From a virus: a DNA stretch of 39,323 nt. The DNA lies in IMG/VR virus record IMGVR_UViG_3300045201_000011, positions 1 to 39,323 of that record. One strand, 5' to 3'. Position numbers and translations under genes: made by a program. Below the pieces are notes generated by a model, which saw nothing but the letters and a program-made list of their open reading frames with translations, was not told where the DNA came from and did not search any database. This document shows positions 1 to 5,154 of the stretch, one piece after another (positions within the stretch are counted from its first letter, which is position 1; each line of letters starts with the position of its first letter).

Positions 1-127
1 AAGTGGGTAACTATGCATTAGTGGATAGATTAAAGCTGTAAGAAAAGGCCGGAGATTTACCATCCCGGCAACGTGGTAACTTCAATCTATTCACTAGTGG
101 AAATGTCGATGACGGTCTTTTAAGTCC
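1..127. repeat. Left copy of an exact 127-bp duplication of the window ends (identical to 39197-39323)
   Basis: Direct comparison: aagtgggtaactatgcattagtgg...gacggtcttttaagtcc occurs at 1-127 and at 39197-39323 with no mismatch. Confidence 0.95.
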
Positions 128-258
128 CCTTGGTGAGAACTACTTTGCCGTCATCGCATTGATTACAAAGGGTTTTTTAAAACGCCTTTATTCTTTACTT
201 GGTACGTTTGGAGGCAGTGTGCCACGTACCACGCCACAAAATACCCGCGAAGATATTT

Positions 259-1383
259 TTAAGCGGCGAACTTTTTAATCACGTCTAGCTCTTCCGGCGA
301 GAGGCTGGAAAGCATTTCTTTGAGGGCTTCCAAGCGGCTTGGCTGGGAAGGCTTAGGCTTATTTTCCATACGCTGAATTGCGCCGTCCAGATCATCACTG
401 AACAAGTGAATGTAGCGCTGGGTGACCGTCATAGTTGAGTGACCGGCAAGCTTCTGGATGACTGCCGCGTTCTCTCCCTTGGAAGCGAGACGTGAACAAA
501 ACTCGTGACGCATCACATGAGGAACGAATTGTTTGTCATGTTCCAGACCGAGAGTTTCGGACATGCGGCCCCAGTAGTGTGCAACCTGATTCTTGTTCAA
601 GTTTGGAAACACTTCACGACCGGCCAGCTCATCCCTACGGCGCACCAAGATTGCTTTAGCGCGTTCCGTGAGGGGCACTGTGCGGCTCTTCCCTGACTTG
701 CTGCGCTGACCGGCTGCACCAGCTCCCCAAACCGTCACACGACCATCTTGAGCATCGTCGTGATTAAGCGCTAGGACTTCCCCTTGGCGCATTCCGGTAT
801 CGACCGAGAGAATCACATAGTCCTGCATGTCCTGATGCGAAATTCGCTCAAAGAATGCCAAGACCAGTTTTTCTTCCTTATCGGTGAAGCGTCTAACGCG
901 ATGTTCGCTTTCCTTGTAACGCGCAAATTTAGGCTTGCGGTCAACAATTCCCAGCTCTTCGGCCTCCGTCATTGAACGCGAGAGCGCCGCAATCTTGCGG
1001 TTAACAGTGCCCGGAGCATTTCCATCAGCGAGCAAACGTGCCCTCGCCTTGTCAATGTCAGACTTAGTGAGCTTGGCGATAGGAAGGTTTGAGCCAATGA
1101 TCGAAATGATCGACTGGGCATTAATGAGCTGCTTGTCGCCTGACGGCATCGGTGCCCAGTGAGTATCGTAGACGTACTGCACAAGCTCAGCGAGAGTAAA
1201 CGGCAAATCGCCTTTCCTCTTCACAACGCGCTCACCCATATCGATAGGCTCGCCTTTAATAAGCTTGGTTTGTGTCTCCAGCTCCCACAGACTTGCTTCC
1301 TGCTCATTGGTGAAGCTTCGCCTGTATCTCTTCCCCTTAAAATTGACAGTCCCTTCCCAAGAAGAACCCCTTGGTTTTGCCAT
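259..1383 (-). CDS. int: Tyrosine recombinase / phage integrase
   Basis: 374-aa ORF. Catalytic signature is visible: TGMRQGE (Arg), HVMRHEF (H-x-x-R), GHSTMTVTQRYIH (His...Tyr). Lies next to a tRNA gene. Confidence 0.9.
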   Translation of the reverse strand: MAKPRGSSWEGTVNFKGKRYRRSFTNEQEASLWELETQTKLIKGEPIDMGERVVKRKGDLPFTLAELVQYVYDTHWAPMPSGDKQLINAQSIISIIGSNLPIAKLTKSDIDKARARLLADGNAPGTVNRKIAALSRSMTEAEELGIVDRKPKFARYKESEHRVRRFTDKEEKLVLAFFERISHQDMQDYVILSVDTGMRQGEVLALNHDDAQDGRVTVWGAGAAGQRSKSGKSRTVPLTERAKAILVRRRDELAGREVFPNLNKNQVAHYWGRMSETLGLEHDKQFVPHVMRHEFCSRLASKGENAAVIQKLAGHSTMTVTQRYIHLFSDDLDGAIQRMENKPKPSQPSRLEALKEMLSSLSPEELDVIKKFAA

Positions 1384-1429
1384 TGAAATAGCTCCTGTTT
1401 GTTGCTATGGACGCGGAAAGCCAATCACT

Positions 1430-1516
1430 GCCCGCATGGTGAAACTGGTAAACACTGCGGACTTAAAATCCGCCGCCCGTTTGGGCTTGCCGGTTCAAGT
1501 CCGGCTGCGGGCACCA
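1430..1516 (+). tRNA. tRNA-Leu (anticodon UAA), type II, 87 nt, CCA encoded
   Basis: Manual cloverleaf. Acceptor GCCCGCA/TGCGGGC; D stem GTG/CAC with a GG loop. Anticodon stem GCGGA/TCCGC with loop CTTAAAA (anticodon TAA). Long variable arm GCCC-GTTT-GGGC; T arm GCCGG-TTCAAGT-CCGGC. Discriminator A, then CCA. Confidence 0.85.
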
Positions 1517-1993
1517 TCAAACTGGCGATGTTTTCCCGCGTGTAGTCTTAGGTGCTTCGGATGCTGCCGCTGCTGCTTCCTCATGCATTCGCTCAATCTC
1601 AAGGCGAGCATCTGTTTCTTTATCGATTGAATAATCAGGATTGATTGTCCGCATCAGCTTCGTGATGAACGCCTTCCCCTCAGCGGTGAGAAAAACGAGA
1701 CGGCGTCGAGGTTCCCTAGGGTCAATAACCGCTTCCATAAGGTTTAACCCCGGCTTGCCCAAGCGGTGATATTTACTCATCGCCTGAACATTTCGAGAGA
1801 TTGACGATTGCGACAAGCCCGTGAGCTTTGACAGTTCATTCATCGTCAATCCCGGCTTACTGACAACACAGAGCAGAATATCTGCTTGCTGTATTGGCAT
1901 ATCAGGAGAGAGCTTGCGTAGAAGTCGAATAGCGTTCGCCATGACGAAAGTTACATCGTCACTTTTCCCTACCAAAAGTTCGCGCTTATCCAT
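1517..1993 (-). CDS. MarR-type winged-helix transcriptional regulator (candidate prophage repressor)
   Basis: ORF track gives 1517..2050. Start trimmed to ATG 1993 (MDKRELLV...) with GGAG 9 nt upstream. wHTH core LTMNELSKLTGLSQSSISRNVQAM...RRRLVFLTAEGKAF. The stop codon abuts the tRNA 3' end. Confidence 0.65.
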   Translation of the reverse strand: MDKRELLVGKSDDVTFVMANAIRLLRKLSPDMPIQQADILLCVVSKPGLTMNELSKLTGLSQSSISRNVQAMSKYHRLGKPGLNLMEAVIDPREPRRRLVFLTAEGKAFITKLMRTINPDYSIDKETDARLEIERMHEEAAAAASEAPKTTRGKTSPV

Positions 1994-2035
1994 GTTTACT
2001 CCATCTATTCGCCTATGAGGAATTTCCCACAGGTG

Positions 2036-2064
2036 GATATATGGCCGCAAGAAGGTAATGTCTA
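2036..2064 (-). promoter_or_regulatory. Sigma70-like promoter candidate for the MarR-type gene (TAGACA-N17-TATATC), overlapping a GTGGATA-box
   Basis: Minus strand reads TAGACA (2064-2059), a 17-nt spacer, then TATATC (2041-2036) followed by CACCTGTGG. Confidence 0.3.
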
Positions 2065-2107
2065 GCTACCTACTTACTTCCGCCCTCCTGATTGATAGAC
2101 CTCCCGA

Positions 2108-2413
2108 CTAATTCAAAATCTCTTCTAGCTGGACCGCTGATGTTGCGTCTGCAACTTCCTCCTGCTCCTGCATTAGTGGAAACCAGTGGGCAAGCAAGAC
2201 GATGAAAATCAGCGAGCCGAATACTGCTAAGCGCCCAAAAGGAAACGAGCGCTCAGATTCATTGTCACGGGAATTAGAAATGGTGAGCTGCAAGCGTCCG
2301 ATAAACACTTCGCAGTCGTTTTTATGTTTGATCAGGCCAAAACCTACCCATTCGCTGCGAATTTCAACGAAAATTTCCTTTTTGAAAGGAAGCTTGCACC
2401 AATAACCAAACAT
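2108..2413 (-). CDS. Hypothetical protein with one predicted transmembrane helix
   Basis: 101-aa ORF. ATG is preceded by TAGGGA. Hydrophobic segment LAVFGSLIFIVLLAHWF and an acidic C-terminus. Confidence 0.45.
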   Translation of the reverse strand: MFGYWCKLPFKKEIFVEIRSEWVGFGLIKHKNDCEVFIGRLQLTISNSRDNESERSFPFGRLAVFGSLIFIVLLAHWFPLMQEQEEVADATSAVQLEEILN

Positions 2414-2431
2414 TCGAAATAATCCCTAGAA

Positions 2432-2659
2432 CTAGTTCGCGCCCGTCCCGTAACCGTTGCGCGAGTGGATTGATTTGGGCACAAAATTCCCGGCCTGCCG
2501 CTCGCTTTCTGCAAACGGAAGTTGGGGAACCTCGTGCCCTTGTATGTGACCAGTCATCCTGTCCCGATAAAACACTAACGTTCGGGATTTCCGGTAACGT
2601 GTCCGAAGTTTCTCGAACCGCCCACTTTCTATTAACGGATTATTTGCTTTTGTTCCCAT
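2432..2659 (-). CDS. Hypothetical basic protein (weak call)
   Basis: 75-aa ORF with an ATG start. Competes with a plus-strand ORF at 2470..2739. No recognisable motif. Confidence 0.3.
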   Translation of the reverse strand: MGTKANNPLIESGRFEKLRTRYRKSRTLVFYRDRMTGHIQGHEVPQLPFAESERQAGNFVPKSIHSRNGYGTGAN

Positions 2660-2874
2660 TCTGTTCCACTCTTATCCACAGGAAATATGACAGTGATAAA
2701 CTGAAAACGTGGAAGCCCACGCTTATCAGCATGAATTGAGAAAAACTCATAACGTCAACATTTCCAATGAGTTACGATAAGCGAGGAATGCTTCCTCTGC
2801 ACAAACCAAAGGGCAGTTTGAGCGCCACCATGTCAGGAAACATGTCTGTTTCATCTGTTGAACTCCATCTTGCG

Positions 2875-2935
2875 CTGATCATCAGGCCACGGGCGCGACC
2901 CCATGGCGACCAAAGCAAAAACCTTGGTTTCACAG
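2875..2935 (-). ncRNA. Hammerhead ribozyme motif, type II, copy HH1 (stem II has a U-U at 10.1/11.1)
   Basis: Minus strand reads CUGU GAA ACCAAGG-UUUUUG-CUUUGGU C GCCAUGGG-GUCGCG-CCCGUGGC CUGAUGA UCAG. The core CUGAUGA, GAA, A15.1-U16.1 and GUC are all present. Confidence 0.55.
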
Positions 2936-2959
2936 TTGATTTTAATGGGTTTTCTTTCC

Positions 2960-2988
2960 TTGTCCGCTCAGTGATATGGGATTATGTT
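2960..2988 (+). promoter_or_regulatory. Sigma70-like promoter candidate for the plus-strand gene (TTGTCC-N17-TATGTT)
   Basis: TTGTCC at 2960-2965, a 17-nt spacer, TATGTT at 2983-2988, about 30 nt upstream of the AAGGA RBS and ATG 3021. Confidence 0.3.
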
Positions 2989-3020
2989 CCCACTGTCCGC
3001 TTACGCTAAGGAATTACGTC

Positions 3021-3299
3021 ATGAACCGAATCGAAGATGAGCTATGCTTCCGGGTAGACCAGTGGACGGATGATGGAAGCAGGATTGATTCCGTTCTATC
3101 GCTCTCAATGAATGCGCTGATTGCACAGGGGGCATTTTATGAGGCCGTTAAACTCCGTCCTCACAAGCGCTTGACCATGCGGCATAAGTCGCGAGTGATT
3201 AATGAGCATGTTCCTGAACGACTACGCTTAATAGACATTGAGAAACGCGCCGAGCTGGAGCGGATGATTGCGGAAGCAAAGAACGCCCGCAAGAAATAG
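3021..3299 (+). CDS. Hypothetical protein; the only plus-strand protein gene in the genome
   Basis: ORF track gives 2976..3299. Start trimmed to ATG 3021 (MNRIEDELCF...) with AAGGA 8 nt upstream. 92 aa. Confidence 0.55.
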   Translation: MNRIEDELCFRVDQWTDDGSRIDSVLSLSMNALIAQGAFYEAVKLRPHKRLTMRHKSRVINEHVPERLRLIDIEKRAELERMIAEAKNARKK

Positions 3300-3300
3300 C

Positions 3301-3358
3301 TGCTCATCAGGCCAAAGGCGCAACCCCATGGCGACCGGAGAAAGCCCCCGGTTTCGCA
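3301..3358 (-). ncRNA. Hammerhead ribozyme motif, type II, copy HH2
   Basis: Minus strand reads UGC GAA ACCGG-GGGCUUUCU-CCGGU C GCCAUGGG-GUUGCG-CCUUUGGC CUGAUGA GCA. Predicted cleavage is after C at 3333. Confidence 0.75.
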
Positions 3359-3380
3359 TTGTTCTGCATATGTGGATTAG

Positions 3381-4022
3381 TTAGTGCGAAAAAATTGCAA
3401 CGCCTGAGGGAACATCAATCACATTGTAATCGTGTTTAATGTCGCGGGCGTATGCTTCATAATCGAAATAATCGATTAGAAACTGGGGAATCTTGCCGTC
3501 TGATGAGTGGCAAGACATTTGTTCGTCTGCTGCATTATCTGCATACTCCCGGAAGCTCTCAGAGATGCAAATGAATTGGTTCTCCATAGCGTCCGAGGCG
3601 TCCTTGAGATTACCGAAGTCCTTGATGATCGCCTCTAAGTCTTCCGAGTCGTGGCTGTCATGCTCTTCTAGGAACTCGACATAATCAGCAATTGCTTGCA
3701 GGCCGGGATATTCCCCGAAGGTTGACGGCATGTCGTCATAATCATGAACTGCATATTCTTCCGCGCTCGCTACCCTACCAGAACCGATGCATTCGGGACA
3801 TTCGCAAAGTCTCGTGTCACCTGTTTCGCTGTTATGGTGAGTGACTTTACCCTCACCTTCACAACGGACACATTTCACGGTCACGTTAGGAAACTTGCTT
3901 TCTCTGAGCATGGCGTTGACTTCATCCTGCATTTCATCAACGTCACTAGATGCTTCAACCCAGCGGCCATGCAGAACGCCGTTGTTATAAGATGCGAGAC
4001 AGGCAACGTAAAACCGAGCCAT
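3381..4022 (-). CDS. ardA: ArdA-family anti-restriction protein with an inserted double CxxCxGxG zinc-finger segment
   Basis: 213 aa. N-terminus MARFYVACLASYNNGVLHGRWVEA and ...EEYAVHDYDD..., a very acidic body and C-terminal YFDYEAYARDIKHDY fit my memory of ArdA. The insert is CVRCEGEGKV...CPECIGSGRV. Confidence 0.7.
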   Translation of the reverse strand: MARFYVACLASYNNGVLHGRWVEASSDVDEMQDEVNAMLRESKFPNVTVKCVRCEGEGKVTHHNSETGDTRLCECPECIGSGRVASAEEYAVHDYDDMPSTFGEYPGLQAIADYVEFLEEHDSHDSEDLEAIIKDFGNLKDASDAMENQFICISESFREYADNAADEQMSCHSSDGKIPQFLIDYFDYEAYARDIKHDYNVIDVPSGVAIFSH

Positions 4023-4126
4023 GATTAACCCCTTTGCGCTTGAAAATATATGTGATGAGGATTAATTGTGGGGAAGCCTCCGGCCTTATGACCGGAAGCC
4101 CCCTTGCGCTAGAGGGTTAAGAAAAG

Positions 4127-4157
4127 GGTCACAGTGATCGAGACTGTGGCCTTTTTT
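4127..4157. terminator. Bidirectional intrinsic-terminator-like hairpin between HH3 and ardA
   Basis: GGTCACAGT-gatcgag-ACTGTGGCC followed by TTTTTT on the plus strand and preceded by GAAAAG (CUUUUC after the stem on the minus strand). Confidence 0.5.
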
Positions 4158-4239
4158 CGTTTCCAGCGAAGGGTGATTGACCATGTGAACATGTCAAACT
4201 CCCCACAATATGCCCCTGTAACGTCGAGGCGTTCCGCGC

Positions 4240-4301
4240 TTGCTCATCAGGTTCTAGCCGCGACACTAGAACGACCAGAGGGAAGCCCCCCGGTTTCGCA
4301 A
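4240..4301 (-). ncRNA. Hammerhead ribozyme motif, type II, copy HH3
   Basis: Minus strand reads UUGC GAA ACCGGGGGG-CUU-CCCUCUGGU C GUUCUAG-UGUCGCGG-CUAGAAC CUGAUGA GCAA. Predicted cleavage is after C at 4273. Confidence 0.75.
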
Positions 4302-4322
4302 TGGTATGCATTGGTGGATTGA

Positions 4323-4502
4323 TTAAGCCGTTTGAAGCTTGCCGGTCAGTGCCAGCGAGTGAAAGAGATTATGAGCGCCGTTGATATTGGCCTCAGTGGG
4401 TGACCGTTCTGCCTTATCACATGCAGCATTGTAGGCATCGGCTTGTTGTTTGGTGAAAACATAACCAGTGAATGCCCTGTAACCTTCCGCGATGCGTTCC
4501 AT
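4323..4502 (-). CDS. Hypothetical 59-aa protein (below the ORF-track cutoff)
   Basis: Hand translation: MERIAEGYRAFTGYVFTKQQADAYNAACDKAERSPTEANINGAHNLFHSLALTGKLQTA. Its ATG overlaps the upstream stop (TAATG), which suggests translational coupling. Confidence 0.5.
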   Translation of the reverse strand: MERIAEGYRAFTGYVFTKQQADAYNAACDKAERSPTEANINGAHNLFHSLALTGKLQTA

Positions 4503-4753
4503 TAAATCAGACCTTCCAGTTCGTTTAGAATTTCGTTTATTGAGGGTGCATCCTGTGGTTTCGCTTTGCGGACAATTAAGCCAGCCTTACGCAACTGAGC
4601 GAGAACGCTAGGAACTTGAGGCGATAAGAACGCCACTAGACCATTTGCATCAGCTTTCGCCATGGTACGCCATGCCTCTTCCCCGGCTTCCGTTTCGGGA
4701 TAGAACCGCGTCCACAATCCATCATGACAGGCGTATGTTAGATCGGCTTGCAT
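4502..4753 (-). CDS. Hypothetical protein (83 aa)
   Basis: ORF track gives 4502..4756 (GTG). ATG at 4753. Coupled to the upstream small ORF (TGAGTGATG) and to the downstream ORF. Confidence 0.55.
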   Translation of the reverse strand: MQADLTYACHDGLWTRFYPETEAGEEAWRTMAKADANGLVAFLSPQVPSVLAQLRKAGLIVRKAKPQDAPSINEILNELEGLI

Positions 4754-4756
4754 CAC

Positions 4757-4846
4757 TCAGCCTTCCATTACGATTATTGAGATGAGCATAATCAGGCAGA
4801 TGAAACCGCCCATTGAGGCGAAAGCTAATGCTTCATTGAATGTCAT
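4757..4846 (-). CDS. Small hydrophobic peptide (29 aa)
   Basis: Hand translation: MTFNEALAFASMGGFICLIMLISIIVMEG. AAGGGA RBS 7 nt upstream. The stop abuts the next start. Confidence 0.4.
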   Translation of the reverse strand: MTFNEALAFASMGGFICLIMLISIIVMEG

Positions 4847-4860
4847 TTTGTTTCCCTTGG

Positions 4861-4910
4861 TTAGCGTTTAGGATGCTCCACAGTTCCCCGTGAAGGCACC
4901 TAAGGGCTAA
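4861..4910 (-). repeat. Structured 50-nt repeat, copy A (hairpin with GGAA tetraloop on the minus strand)
   Basis: 46/50 identical to 5105-5154. Minus strand reads CUUCACGG-GGAA-CUGUGGAG, flanked by UUAGG...CCUAA. Confidence 0.7.
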
Positions 4911-5087
4911 TCAGTAACCGGCCCACGTTCTCAGCGATGCAAAGTCCCCATCCCATGTGCCTGTAGTTTCACAGTGTTTTCCGTCTGCATTTGTGTAAGC
5001 ATCCTTGACTGTGATTGTGCCGTCCGCGTTATCGCTAATGAACCAATCATGTTGAGCGGCCCATGCGATTTGCTTCGTGTTCAACAT
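4911..5087 (-). CDS. Hypothetical 58-aa protein (below the ORF-track cutoff)
   Basis: Hand translation: MLNTKQIAWAAQHDWFISDNADGTITVKDAYTNADGKHCETTGTWDGDFASLRTWAGY. GAGGA RBS 7 nt upstream. Confidence 0.55.
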   Translation of the reverse strand: MLNTKQIAWAAQHDWFISDNADGTITVKDAYTNADGKHCETTGTWDGDFASLRTWAGY

Positions 5088-5104
5088 TCCGTTTTCCTCA
5101 TCAG

Positions 5105-5154
5105 TTAGCGTTTAGGATGCTTCACGGTTTCCCATGAAGGCACCTAAGGGCTAA
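5105..5154 (-). repeat. Structured 50-nt repeat, copy B (hairpin with GAAA tetraloop on the minus strand)
   Basis: Minus strand reads CUUCAUGG-GAAA-CCGUGAAG, flanked by UUAGG...CCUAA. Sits directly upstream of the RBS of ORF 4911..5087. Confidence 0.7.

Noticed and set aside
1-127. The 127-bp end repeats as attL/attR of an integrated prophage, or as LTR-like ends of a mobile element.
   Set aside because: No host flanking sequence or tRNA fragment is present in the repeat. Joining the ends restores a continuous gene map. An assembly overlap or terminal redundancy explains it better.
1401-1410. ttgctatgg, matching the 3' half-context of the phage promoters (gctatggtgagggg).
   Set aside because: Only 9 nt match and the specificity region (TGAGGGGTAATT) is absent. 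Not a promoter.
1265-1630. 121-aa plus-strand ORF spanning the int start, the tRNA and the MarR 3' end.
   Set aside because: It overlaps a well-formed tRNA gene and two better-supported minus-strand genes.
2767-3009. 80-aa plus-strand ORF upstream of the MNRIEDELCF gene.
   Set aside because: It reads straight through the HH1 repeat, whose sequence is shared with two non-coding copies. The translation is low-complexity.
4129-4322. ORFs 4129..4311 (-) and 4134..4322 (+).
   Set aside because: Both run through the terminator hairpin and the HH3 repeat unit, and the region is better explained as structured RNA. No RBS.
5097-5104. Additional CUGAUGAG strings on the minus strand at 5097-5104 and 32830-32837, CUGAUGA at 21954-21960 and 29513-29519, and CUGAUGAG on the plus strand at 37434-37441. 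Checked as possible further hammerheads.
   Set aside because: None has the GAA box, the A15.1-U16.1-closed stem III, a GUC site and a stem I hairpin in the required order. Three are inside or at the junctions of coding sequence (for example the TGATG stop/start overlap).
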